Shown here: piece after piece, positions 1 through 13,012 of the stretch
Position numbering within the stretch: position 1 is the stretch's first letter
Layout: the number at the start of each line of letters is the position of its first letter
NCBI GenBank assembly: GCA_030390025.1
Contig: CM059432.1
Coordinates: 141,610,001-141,674,000, forward strand
Direction of reading: 5' to 3'
Origin: Squalus acanthias
Taxonomy: Eukaryota
DNA: 64,000 nt
Made by a program: the position numbers and the translations under genes
The notes under the pieces: model-generated
Seen by the model: only the letters and a program-made list of their open reading frames with translations
Database searches by the model: none
What the model was told of the DNA's origin: nothing

Positions 1-1665
1 TCATCAGATAATGAAACCATTCGTGCCCATGTGCAGCAAACCCATGACAACACCCAGGCTTGGGCTGATAAGTGGCAAATAATATTTGCACCACACAAGT
101 GCCAGGCAATGACCATCTCCAACAAGAGAAAGTCCAGCCACCTTCCCTTGAAATTCAATGGCATTACCATCATTGAATCCTCCACCACCAACATCCTTGG
201 GGGTCACCATTGACCAGAAACTTAATTGGACCAGCCACATAAATACTGTGGCTACAAGAGCAGGTCAGAGGCTAGGTATTCTGCAGCGAGTGACTCACCT
301 CCTTACTCCCCGAAGCCTTTTCACCACCTACAATGCACAAGTCAGGAGTGTGATGGAATACTCTTCACTCACCTGGTTGGGTGCAGCTTCAACAACACTC
401 AAGAAGCTCAACACCATCCAGGACAAAGCAGCCCATAAGAACATAAGAACATAAGAAATAGGAGCAGGAGTAGGCCAATTGGCCCCTCGAGCCTGCTCTG
501 CCATTCAATAAGATCATGGCTGATCTGATCCTAACCGCCAATCTACTATCACAGAACCATCTCCTGAACCTAACAGAATTGGGCACACGAAATAGGAGCA
601 GGATCAGGCTACACGGCCCCTGGGCCCGCTACGCTACCCACAGGGCCATGACCGATCCGAACCTAGACTCATGTCCAAATTCCTGCCCGCTCCCCGTAAC
701 CCTTAATTCCCTTTACTTCTTGGAAACTGTCTATTTCTGTTTTAAATTTATGTAATGATGTAGCTTCTACAGCTTTTTGGGGCAGCATATTCCATGGACC
801 TACCACCCTGTGAGTGAAGTAGTTCCTTCTCATCTCAGTTTTGAAAGAGCAGCCCCTTATTCTAAGACTATGCCCCCTAGTTCTAGTTTCACCCATCATT
901 GGGAACATCCTCCCGCATCCACCCGATCCAACCCCCTTCACAATCTTATATGTTTCAATAAGATCGCCTCTCATTCTTCTGAACTCCAATGAGTAGAGTC
1001 CCAATCTACCCAACCTCTCCTCATATGTCCATCCCCTCATCCCCGGATTAACCGAGTGAACCTTCTTTGTACTGACTCGAGAGCAAGTATGTCTTTTCTT
1101 AAGTATGGACACCAAAACTGTATGCAGTATTCCAGGTGCGGTCTCACCAATACCTTGTACAACTGAAGCAATACCTCCCTATTTTTATATTCTATCCCCC
1201 TAGCAATGAAAGCCAACATTCCATTGGCCTTTTGTTTGCCACTTGTTTGCCACCCCATCCACCATCTTAAACATTCACTCCCTCCACCACCGGTGCACCG
1301 TGGCTGCAGTGTGTACCATCTATAAGGTGCACTGCAGCAACTCTACAAGGCTTCTTTGACAGCACCTTCCAAACCCGCAACCTCTACCACCTAGGGCAGC
1401 AGGGGCATGGGAACACCACCACCTCCAAGTTCCCCTCCTAGCCACACCATCCTGATTTGGAACATGTATCAGCCGCACCTTCATCGTCGCTGGGTCAAAA
1501 TCCTGGAACTCCCTATCTGACAGCACCGTGGGAGTACCTTCACCTCACGGGACTGCAGCAGTTTAAGAAGGCGGCTCACCACCAACTTCTCAAGGGCAAT
1601 TAGGGATGGGCAATAAATGCTGGCCTTGCCAGCGACACCCACATCCCGTGAATCAATAAAAAAAA
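1..1665 (+). mobile_element. 3' part of a CR1/L2-group LINE (family A), interrupted by a CR1 at ~434-1231
   Basis: RT C-terminal peptide (TIDQKLNWTSHINTVATRAGQRLGIL) and a 3' end CAATAAATGCTGGCC...poly(A). The sequence resumes in register at ~1240. Confidence 0.85.
434..1231 (-). mobile_element. 5'-truncated CR1 LINE nested in the family A LINE
   Basis: CR1 ORF2 C-terminus (LYKVLVRPHLEYC, RMRGDLIETYKI, TRGHSLR) and an 8-bp (CATAAGAA)n tail. Confidence 0.9.
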
Positions 1666-2557
1666 GAGACAGCGGTGAGATACAGAGGAATCGGACGCTG
1701 CCTCTCCGTCACCGTATACTTGCGGCAGGTGGTGAAGGTGTGGCCGCCCCTAACAGGGCTGCAGGGTAGGAATTATATTCCAGGGCTGGAATGCAATTTT
1801 AACCCTAACCCCTTTGGGGGATCCAGGTACCAACATCAGCCTGGACTCAAGGTTGGCCCCCACTTTATCCAGGATAGCAGGCCGCAACAAACAAAATCCT
1901 AGACCCAGAGTTTGGAACTATGCTATTGAGGAAGGCATTATTAAAAGATGGCTACCCATTGGAGGCTGGTAGTACCGCTTAATTTCCCCTGGCTTACCAC
2001 CGCTCCTCCACTCAATCTCGGGCTGGATAGCAGGATGAAGTCAAGCCCGACGAACCAGGATGCCAAATACATCAGAATAAACCATTGAGAAATGCTAGTA
2101 ACTTGAGGTTTTTTTTGTTGCAATTGCCAAATAACAGTACCGAGACACTGCTAAATGGTACGTCGCTTAGACAGAAACCAAAGGAGTTGCTGCACAGGAC
2201 TGTGAAAGTGCAGCTGTTGTGTTAGTGCTATAATTCATTAAATCATAGGCTGGAAGTAATTCAGTGATTAGTCATGACTCTGCATAGCAGACCTTAATTA
2301 CCAGGACTAAACATTGAAGCAAACTTTTCTGATTATCTAAATGAAAACCCGATGTCCAAACGACAACTGATAAAACGTGCATGCTTTCTGCCACGGAGAA
2401 TTTGAACATTTTTGCTAGTCATTAAAAGTGCATGTTGTCCTGTTACCTAACATTATCATAAATGCTTTCAGTTGTCAAATAGGACTGTTGTCAAATGACA
2501 GTGAAATGGAGATACTTCCCATCTCCACACACACACATACGGTAAGGGCTGTATGTT

Positions 2558-3321
2558 GGCCCAGAAATTAAACAGTGAGGGTTCCCGCGGGGGTAAGGAT
2601 TCCCCGCGATATCGCACTCCGCGCCTACCTTTTTGCTCCGGGCCCACACGAACTTTAGTTTGAATGGCTCTGTCTCTTGGAACCGTGCAGTGCTTGCGTG
2701 ACCCAGAGACGCAATTAGTTCGTGCGAGCTCTGGGATCACGTGATTCAGTTAGAGCCAATGGCAGCATACCATCTTTCATTCATCGTTTTGACAGGAAGA
2801 CCTGTCAAAGCTATGAATACTACACACCCCCAAAAGAACAGCTAAACCTCAATTAAATTTTTTAAAAAGCCATCACATTAATAAAATAAGTACAGTTAAA
2901 TAAATTAACCACTTTAAACAAAAAATAAAAATATTTTAAAAGTTTAAAATCTTTTTAAAAGTTATAAAAATAAACTTACCTTTCTTTAAAGTCTCTAAAA
3001 AAGATAAACCTGTTGAAAAAAATTTAAAATAACACTTAATTAACTACTTACCTTGTTAAAAGGGTGTCATACGCCTGCTTTTTTTATGTGTAAAATCTTC
3101 ACCACTTACCTGCGCGTTCAAAGCTGAAAAAATAACCAAGTGCACTGCGTGCGCGCAGCCTGTAGCGCGCACGCGGTTCACTTAGGAACCGCCCCCTTTT
3201 GAATTCATGAAGTGCCGGTTTCCCGCACATGCGCAGTGCATGCAGGAAACCGGCAATTGGAGACCTAATACGCGAGAGTACACAGTGCGTACTCTCGCGT
3301 ATTAGGTCTAATTTTCGGGCC
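2558..3321. mobile_element. Non-autonomous PIF/Harbinger-like MITE
   Basis: TIR GGCCCAGAAATT / AATTTTCGGGCC, flanks GTT/ATT, AT-rich core and subterminal hairpins. Confidence 0.65.
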
Positions 3322-3377
3322 ATTATTTTTGCGAATCTTGTGTACGCATGCACTACCAATCCCAAACACTCAACTAC

Positions 3378-4093
3378 GGCCCAGATTTTCCAATCGGAGG
3401 CTTCGATCTGGAAAAAATCTACGCCCTTACCTGAGGGCTCCTGAGGTCCGGCCATTTCCGCTCCTGGGCCTCTGCTTTACGAAATGCGCAGAGGCCCAGG
3501 TATCCCAGGGGCACAGGCGGTTCGCAAGCGTCCCTGGGATCACGTGGGCCATGGGGAACCATGGAAGAAGAGAATTCCCCCTTCATACTTTTGACAACTT
3601 AGACCTGTCAAAAATATGAATGGGGAGCACTGAAAAAACACATCAAAACATTAAAAAAAAAATTTAATCACGTTTTTAAAATTAGTTAAAATTACATTAA
3701 ATATTTTAAACAAAAATTAAAGTTTTTTACAGGGCTAAAAATAAACGTAACTTTTTTTAAAGTATTTTTAAATTATAAATGAGTTGGAAAAAAAATTATT
3801 TTTTAACTTTTTTAAAACTCTTATGCTGGTAAAAGCAGGCCTTACGCTTGCTTTTACCAGGCGTAAGATTTTTAAAGGATTTCTGTGGGCGGAGGTTCTG
3901 CACAAAGTGGAACTCTCCACTCACAGAGGCCCTTCTCCAGGGCAGGCGGAGGATCTGTCAAGAGGATTCTTGACAGATCGGAAGTGCCGGTTTTAAGCGC
4001 ATGCGCTTGGCATGCCTGAAACCAGCACTTGCGAGGTCCCTACGGGTGTGTGCACAGCTCGTACACACCCGTAGGGATCAGAAAGTACGGGCC
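3378..4093. mobile_element. Non-autonomous PIF/Harbinger-like MITE
   Basis: GGCCC...GGGCC termini with a perfect 3-bp TSD (TAC/TAC). Same layout as the adjacent element. Confidence 0.7.
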
Positions 4094-4659
4094 TACCTGT
4101 TGTCACGATTCAGGTTACCTATGGGATGTGGGCGTTGCTTGCAAGCCCAGCATTTATTGCCCATCCCTTAAGTGAACAGCCATGAACTCCCCATGGACCC
4201 GAGGAGCCATCTTCTTCTGAATCTACAGTGGAAAATTATCCTCACTACTACTCAGAGAGAGAAGTCATTGCTTCTCCTCAGAACTTTCCTTATCCTCCCT
4301 TTGTGGTGCCCCTCCCTCCCCTACCTTAGACCCCCAAAACATTGACAGTAGCTGGCTGACCTGGGGTGGGGGGCGAATGGGGTTGCCGGTTTCCTTCCCC
4401 CGAAGAACAATCTCCATGCCCAAGTGGTTTCTTTATCAAAGATGCTGCTTCAATCCCCCTGCACGCCAACACTTTTTGTCCTCTGCACCTTTAGGGGGTG
4501 GGGAGGGGAGTCCAGGCACCAACCTGAGCCTAGTCCCACAGGTGGGTTCCACTTCCTCCAGGATCAAATTCACAAACAAATTTCTAGGCCAAGAGCTTGG
4601 ATCTATGCTACTGAGGAATTAAAGATAGCTACCCATTGGAGAATTTCAGTGAAAAGGAA

Positions 4660-5122
4660 GAAAAGAAAGACTTTACATTTAGGTAGAGGCCTTTCACGAC
4701 CTTGGGACGTCCCAAAGCGCTTTACAGCCAATGAAGTACTTTTGAAGTGTAGTCACTGTTGTAATGTAGGAAATGCGGCAGCCAATTTGCGCACAGCAAG
4801 GTCCCACAAACAGCAATGTGAAAAGGACCCGATAATCTGTTTTGGTGATTGATATTGGTTGAGGGATAAATATTGGCCAGGGCCAGGAAGCACACCCCTG
4901 CTCTTCTTCAAAAATAGTGCCGTGAGATCTTTTACATCCACCTGAGGGGGCAGACGGGACCTCGGTTTAGCGTCTCACCCAAAAGACAGCACCTCCGACA
5001 ACGCAGTACTCCACTAGGAATGTCAGCCTAGATTTTGTGTGCTTATGTTCCAGGAGTGGGACTATGAACCCACATCCTTTGGACTCAGAAGCAAGAGTGC
5101 TACCACTAAGCCACAGCTGACA
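4660..5122 (-). mobile_element. tRNA-derived DeuSINE (SacSINE1-like)
   Basis: tRNA-like A/B-box head, Deu-like core (GATGTAAAAGATC) and L2-like tail. Homologous to 51889-52342. Confidence 0.8.
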
Positions 5123-5474
5123 CCTAGCATACACCAGCCAGTACGCAGTAAGTCCCATTCACTGATTACTACTTTTGAAGAATGACATGCTTCTTCTGAA
5201 ATATTTTTAAAATTTTATCAGGTGTTTGACGTGTGCATACGATCATCACCAAGGAGAAATTAATTTAAGTAGAGTTTCTGATCGGATAAGGGGTCCACAC
5301 TCACTCCTTGTAGGGATCCCACTTACCGGAGCAGAGAATCTAGGCACAAGGTGGCAGAGTCAAGGTTTAGGACCCCCAAGTGTGCACATGGGTACTGGTA
5401 TTATTTCACTAGCTAAAACCCTGCACATAGCACTGGTAAGCTTCCTGCTGCTTGTCCAACTCGGACCGCCCTAC

Positions 5475-6085
5475 AACAACAACAACTTGCATTTATATAG
5501 CGGTTTTAATGTAGTAAAAAAGCCCCAGGGCGCTTCACAGAGGCGTTATCAAACAAAATTTGTCACCAAACCACATGAGATATTAGGACAGGTGACCAAA
5601 AGTTTGGTCGAAGAGGTCGGTTTTAAGGAGCGTCTTAAAGCAGGAGAAAGAGATAGAGAGGCGGAGAGGTTTAGGGAAGTAATTCCAGAGCTTGGGACCC
5701 TGGCAGCTGAAGGCACGGCCGCCAATGGTGGAGCGATTAAAATTGGGGCTGCGCAAGAAGCCCGAACTGGAGGAGTGCAGAGCCCTCGGACGGTTGTGGG
5801 GTTGGAGGAGGTTACAGAGATAGGGAGGGGCGAGGCCATGGAGGGATTTGAAAACAAGCATGAGAATTTAAAAATCGAGCACAGGGGTGGCGGGTGAACG
5901 GGACTTGCTTCGAGTTAGGATATGGGCTGCAGAGTTTTGGATGAGCTCCAGTTTATGTGGGGTGGAAGATGAGAGGCCAGCCAGGAGAGCGTTGGAATAG
6001 TCGAGTCTGAAGGTAGCAAAAGCATGGATGAGTGTTTCAGCAGCCGATGGGATGAGGCAGGGCGGAGATGCACAATATTACGGAG
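5475..6085 (-). mobile_element. L2 LINE 3' fragment
   Basis: FKSLHGLAPPYL...GGRAFS...LLKT peptide and (TTG)n tail. Confidence 0.85.
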
Positions 6086-6264
6086 GTATTGTCTTTTGCG
6101 TATTACCTTCAGGGGTTATATAGACCCTTTATAGAATTATAAAGAATCTCAGCCCCTGATGACCTCCCTCCCCCTGCAAGTCAATCAGCCAGCCTGGACA
6201 GTGCCCTGGAGTACGGCAGACAGGTCAGCTCAGGTTGTCAATTCAGTGTGATGATGCTTCCACT

Positions 6265-6566
6265 CATGAGGAAGTCCAAAACTAGGGGCTTATAAATATA
6301 TGATAGTCACTAATAAATTCAATAGGGAATTCAGGAGAACCTTCTTTACCCAAAGAGTGGAACTCGCGACCACAAGGAGTGGTTGAGGCGGATAGCATAG
6401 ATGCATTTAAGGGGAAGCTAGATAAACACATGAGGGAGAAAGGAATAGAAGGTTATGTTGATGGGGTTAGGTGAAGTAGGGTAGGAGTAGGCTCGAGTGG
6501 AGCATCAACACCAGCATGGAGCAGTTGGGCCAAATGGCCTGTTTCCGTGCTGTAAGTTCTATGTAA
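6265..6566 (+). mobile_element. CR1 3' fragment
   Basis: CR1 ORF2 end and 3' UTR ending ...GCTGTAAGTTCTATGT. Confidence 0.75.
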
Positions 6567-7174
6567 TTCCAATCTCCCATTGTCAGATATGTCATGGAGT
6601 AAACTCAATCCCAAAGAGACCATGCTCAACGTTCTCCTGTATCCCCCCCCACAGCCCCACCCCAACACGGAGGAGGACAGGACCACTTTATCAAATCCTT
6701 GATCATTTTTCCAAGGCTAATTTCCTAAATGGAATCACAGGTTTCTGAAATGCTGCCAGTTACAGCTGGAAAAGCCATTTTTGGAAGTGAGTTGTCCAAA
6801 CAGTCCAAAAGATAAAGTTATAAAATCTGAGCTGATGTGAACTCCAGCATATCTGTGGAATTTTGGCAAGCAGTGCTACATTCCTTCAGCGATGCTCACA
6901 GTGCTGTACCTGCCTCCCGGACCCCAGCCTGGCACCTGCTAATGAATGGGGTGCTCCCATTTGCCTAGGGTTAGCCGCCCTTCAACTTATTTGCATGGGT
7001 TAGAAATGCTGACGCTGCCTTACACCAGCACACTAAATAAAACCTAGCACGAGTGCTTCGGTCTTCTAAAGATAACTAAACGGAAACATTAGGCATTCTT
7101 CACTACCCTCAGCCATTTCGCACGGTAAGCTGGCCGGGACTTTTTTGCTTACGTATAGTTTGCATAGTATTTAC

Positions 7175-7523
7175 AGCATAGGAACAGGCCATTCGGCCCA
7201 ACTGGTCCGTGCCGGTGTTTATGCTCCACACGAGCCTCCTCCCACCCCTCTTCAACTCACCCTATCAGCATACCCTTCTATTCCTTTCTCCCTCATGTGT
7301 TCACCTAGCTTCCCTTTAAATGCATCTATGGTATTCACCTCAACTACTCCTTGTGGTAGCGAGTTCCACATTCTAACCACTCATTGGGTAAAGAGGTGTC
7401 TCCTGAATTCCTTATTGGATTTATTAGTGACTGTCTTATATTTATGGCGCCTAGTTTTGGACTCCCTCACAAGTGGAAACATCTTCTCTATGTCTACCCT
7501 TTCATAATTTTAAAGACCTCTAT
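7175..7523 (-). mobile_element. CR1 3' fragment
   Basis: Reverse-complement homologue of 6265-6566. Confidence 0.75.
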
Positions 7524-8269
7524 TCACACCCTCTGCCCCCCCCCCCCCCCCCCCCCCAGGGATAGTGGATGTGAAAGGAGGTGATTAAAGGTTAGTTTTC
7601 ACATTTAAAAAGCACTTGATCGATATCTGTTGGGAAAGGGGGATTCAGGGTTATGGGGATATTAACAACTCAAACTGATTTTTTTCCAGGGGAGATATGG
7701 AAAGGCCATTTTGTTTTTTAAAGTCGGGATCTTCAGGTGGGGTGGTGGAGCTGTGATAGAATGCCAAAAATGATCTACCTTGCCACAGACTTTCTTATGC
7801 TCTTATTCTAGGATGTCTCCCATCTGGCCCAGACACTTTGTACACACTAAATTCTTTGGGTTTCTTCACAACACATACTTTACTGATGCCAATTCAGAGA
7901 TTGCCGAGCCAGTTTGAGTGGGTCTGGAATCTGACCGCAATCTTTATTGGTAAAGACTGAGGTGAACAATTTATTTAACACATCTGGCATCTGCTGATCT
8001 CTAATCTTCAGTCACCAATCCCCAGTCCTATATTCCATCTACTTCTAATATAGCTCAAAATAAAGTGATCTTCCTGGCTATTAGCTGCAATCTGCCTTTC
8101 AATTACCTTCACCTCTTACAGTATTCCTCTCATTTAACCATGTCTGACTCTCAGCCATCATGAGGTTTTGTACTTTATAATCCTTCAGTTAGTTCTGATC
8201 TTAGTTAGCCATTATAGTTGAGATCTTGCTAGATTTCTCTTCTCATAAGGATTGCGGTTGAGGTTTAGG

Positions 8270-8510
8270 GACTATCAGCTGCCTAGCCCAAGCTCTGGAA
8301 TTCCCTCCCTAAACCTCTCCCCCTCTCTACCTCTCTCTCCGCCTTTGAGATGCTCCTTAAAACCTACCTCTTTGATCAAGCTTTTGGTCGCCTGTCCTAA
8401 TATCTCTTTATGTGGCTCGGTGTCAAATTTCTGTTTGATAACGCTCCCATGAAGCGCCTTGGGATGCCTTACTACATTAAAGGCGCTATATAAATGCAAT
8501 TTTTTGTTGT
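8270..8510 (+). mobile_element. L2 3' end
   Basis: CTCTGGAATTCCCTCCCTAAACC...AAAGGCGCTATATAAATGCAA tail. Confidence 0.8.
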
Positions 8511-9209
8511 TTGCGAGTCGCTTTCCCTTTCAATGGTCTTGTTGCCCATAAGTGGACCTCACTGTCCAGGAGCTGCACTCTCTTGCAGAGATCTCGCATC
8601 TGTAGGACCCTCACAGATCCTGCACTCACACTTCACTCCTGGTCGTTCTGTAAGAGGGATACCCCGCCCCATCACACCACACACACATTCATTTCAGACT
8701 CTGAACTAGGATTTTTGACAGTGGCGTTAACCAGTATGGCATATGCAGACCAACAAGAACTTGCATTTAAGTAAATAAAGTCAAGCTTCACAATTCAGCA
8801 ACTTCACGATCACCACGACTAGCCTCAATTTTCATTTCGGAGCATTTAGTCCAGTAAGATATTGGGTCTGATAATTGATGGCCAGCACCTGTTGTGTTGA
8901 TGCACACCGACCCCAGAGTCCCTTACAGACAGTTTCTCTCCACACCTGAGGCAGCTTGCATGCTCCAGTGCCGACGGCCAGTGCACTGTGAGCCAGCACA
9001 GGTTATGCGCAGGGCTCATTAAAGCCCCTTGTTTATTATTCAGATGAGGCCAGCACCATGTCAAGCAGCTGAAGTGCCTGAGACGTGCTCCAGCCTCTCT
9101 CGGAGCCCATTACAAACGGACGCTGCAAGGGAGGGCCACAAGATTTTAACCTTTTTTTTCACCTGAGGGGCCCTGTTGTTTCCGTGAACCACCCAGTTTA
9201 CCAGCTGCC

Positions 9210-9801
9210 TGGGTTACCAACTCTGGTTTAACGGATTCCTGCAGGTTTCATCACAAGGCCTCTCGCCTCCAACCACCCCGCCCCATCAAACAGCCTTTTT
9301 TCTCCATCGCCAATATTTTTATAATTAATAAATTAATATGTTCAAAGAAATTTTTTAAAAAACACTCCACTTTTTTATGCCCCTCTGGCTTTTCTCCTTT
9401 TTTAAAAATTCATTCATGGGATGTGGGCATCGCTGGCAAGGCAGGCATTTATTGCCCATCCCTAGTTGCCCTTGAGAAGGTGGTGGTGAGCTGCCTTCTT
9501 GAACCGCTGCAGTCCGTGTGGTGAAGGTGCTCCCACAGTGCTGTTAGGGAGGGAGTTCCAGGATTTTGACCCAGCAACGATGAAGGATCGGCGATATATT
9601 TCCAAGCCAGGATAGTGTGTGACTTGGAGGGGGAACTTGGAGGTGGTGGTGTTCCCATGCGCCTGCTGCCCTTGTCCTTCTAGGTGGAAGAGGTGGCGGG
9701 TTTGGGAGGTGCTGCCGAAGAAGCGCTCACTGCCATGTCTTGGAGATTAATTATCAATTCCCTGGAGATTCCAGGGCATTCCTGGAGGGTTGGCAACCCC
9801 A
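9210..9801. mobile_element. hAT (Blackjack-like) non-autonomous element, interrupted by a family A LINE 3' end (~9400-9727, minus)
   Basis: TGGGTTACCAAC...GTTGGCAACCCCA termini. Related ends occur at ~58798 (TAGGGTTGCCA) and ~63105 (TGGCAACCCTA). No TSD recovered. Confidence 0.55.
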
Positions 9802-9989
9802 ATGTCAGGCCTTCTGTTCTGTTCAGGTGCTGTCCTCCTTCGCCCCCCCAAAAAGGCCGCTTGTTCCTCAACACCCGCGGCCATTACTTGTACAGAAGGT
9901 CCCACCTCGTGAACTCAGAACAACCTGCAGCAAATTAAATTTGCATATTAAAATGCTCTGGTCTCGTATTACGGGGCGAAGTCTGATCA

Positions 9990-10820
9990 TTTTAGGAGCA
10001 GATATAGAGAGCGCCTGAGCAGTGGCCTTGGGGGTAGAGTGTGAGATGGATTTCAACGCAGGTGAATGTACGGTCATCCATTTTGGACCAAAGAAAGAAT
10101 AGATGTGAGTATTTTTTTAAATGGTGAAAAAAAGCTAGGAACAGTGGAGGTCCAAAGAGATTTAGGGATCCACATGCACAGATGGAATGTAGTAGTTAGG
10201 TCCAAAAAAATAATGAAAAAGGCGAATGAAATGTTAGCCTTTATTAATAGAGAGCTAGAATATAAAGGGGAGGAAGTTTTACTACAGCTATACAATGCCC
10301 TGGTTAGACCACATCTGGAATACTGTGTACAGTTCTGGGCACCACATCTTAGACAGGATATACTGTACTTGGAAGGAGTGCAGCGCAGATTCATTAGAAT
10401 CTTTTTTCTCCAGGCTTATATTCCCTGGAACATAGAAGATTAAGGGGTGATTTGATTGAGCTTTTCAGGATTTTGAAAGGAATTGATTGGGTAGATAGAG
10501 AGAAACTTTTTCCACTGGTGGGGGTGTCTAGGACAAGAGGACATAACCTTAAAATCAGACCCAGGCCATTCAGGAGAGAAGATAGGAAACATTTTGTCAC
10601 ACAAAGGGGTGGTAGAAGTATGGAACTCTCTCCCACAAAAAGCAGTAGATGCTAGCTCAATTAATAATTCTTGAAGCTGCAATCGATAGATTTTTGCTAG
10701 ACAAGAGTATTAAGGGATATGGAGCCAAGGCGAGTAAATGGAGTTAAGATATAGATCAGCCATGATCTCATTGAATGGTGGAACAGGCTCGAGGGGCTGA
10801 ATGGCCTCCTCCTCTTCCTT
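9990..10820 (+). mobile_element. CR1 3' fragment
   Basis: QRDLGI...LVRPHLEYCVQFWAP...TRGHNLKI peptide and CR1 3' UTR. Confidence 0.85.
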
Positions 10821-11089
10821 TGAGAGCAGGATTGTGTTATCATAGTATGTTTTCCATCACTGGCAGCAATGTGAACAGAGAATGGCTCTGGTTCAATGTC
10901 CTACAAACAATAATTGGCACGTGGAAAAGTCCTAGCTTTAACTCTTACTCATGTGCTTCAGTCTTTTGCACACAAGAGAACTGAGGTCACCCTGGGTTAA
11001 CGTTCACTGTCAATTCTATAGTAGCCGGTGCTATTATTATGAAATTTGCACTAAATTCTCAACCTACATTCAGGTTTCTGAGAGCTTGA

Positions 11090-11803
<714 letters not shown>

Positions 11804-12789
11804 CTGTATTTTGCTGCCTGCAAGGTTTCCAGTGCCTGCTGGTGGTGGGGGTGGGGGGTCTCAGGTGTGTGTTCTGACTATGTGCCAAACATCTACATCG
11901 GTGCTTCTTGTGATGTTAACCTTCTGGGACTGTAGACGCAGAATAGCAGCAGGCCACAGATTTCAATCGGTGGCTGCGGTTCGAAATCAGACTCAAAACT
12001 GTTTCACCGCCGGCACACGGTAGCTACTGTATCTTAGCACAGAAGGAGGCCTTTCGGCCCATCCTGCCCATCTACTATTCCCCCCTCCCCCTCTCTTGCT
12101 GGGCACAGTTCCACTCGCACTGTCAGCTTTCTGGTGCCTCACCCAAGAGGCCCCTCTTCATCCGTTAACCCAGGACAGCAATTGCAAATAGTTGCTAGTG
12201 AAGGATACCACAGCCGAGCCTGGCTATCTTCATCCGACCATCCACACAGTGCACAATCAGACGTGGCTCCAGACCTTTCAGGGACATTGCATGACCTTTG
12301 CACCCAGAAGTTCCAAGCCATGACCATCTCAACACGGCCCCAGCACCCAATAGCAGCTTCCCACCCTAGTTGCCCCCCATGTAGGGAACATGTTGGCACA
12401 GCCTTAGATTGAAGAGTTGTACATGCACACCTGATAGGGGAAGCACGGCTGGTGGGCTTAGAACACATGTGCACTGTAAATAGCACAACAAAATGCTGAC
12501 CTTTTTATTTAACCATTGGTTACGGCCTGGAAGATCTGGGTGCAGGGTCATGCAATGTCCAATGAGAACAGTCAGGTTTGGTGGTGAAGTCCTTCAGTAG
12601 AAAATATCCTGCTCATACTTGGACGGTGTTTGTTGGATCGGGCTGTGGCGCGGGCTGAAAGATGGAGGGCAGCATGAGTGCAGGGAATGGGCACCGTGTT
12701 CTTGGGCCTATAATATGTGGTTGTTCCCATGTTGGTCACTGGCAGGAGGTGTCCATTATTGGAAGTAGCTGTCTCCAACAAAGCCCACT

Positions 12790-13007
12790 CCTAACTTCCC
12801 TTCCTGTGTATCACTCCCTCCAGGTCACAGGCCTTCTCTTCCTCAACCTTTTCCTGTGGGGTTTTAGACCCATGGACCTCCTCCTCAGCTTGCAACAAGC
12901 TTAGTCCATATCCAGCAGCGAAATTGTGCAGCATATAGCAGACTGGAGAGTTTGGCTGGACTGTAGAGTAGCACCCCACCTGAGCTGTCCAAACAATAGA
13001 ATCATAC
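12790..13007 (-). pseudogene. Decayed PIF/Harbinger (HARBI1-like, DDE_Tnp_4) transposase C-terminus
   Basis: Minus strand reads FYCLDSSGGVLLYSP then, frameshifted, VCYMLHNFA; compare the Harbinger motif FRCLDRSGGALQYSP...CCMLHN. Confidence 0.65.
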
Positions 13008-13012
13008 ATTAA

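Noticed and set aside
8515..9110. Possible further Harbinger transposase remnant on the minus strand
   Set aside because: Only faint motif echoes (GYP-like), too decayed to support.
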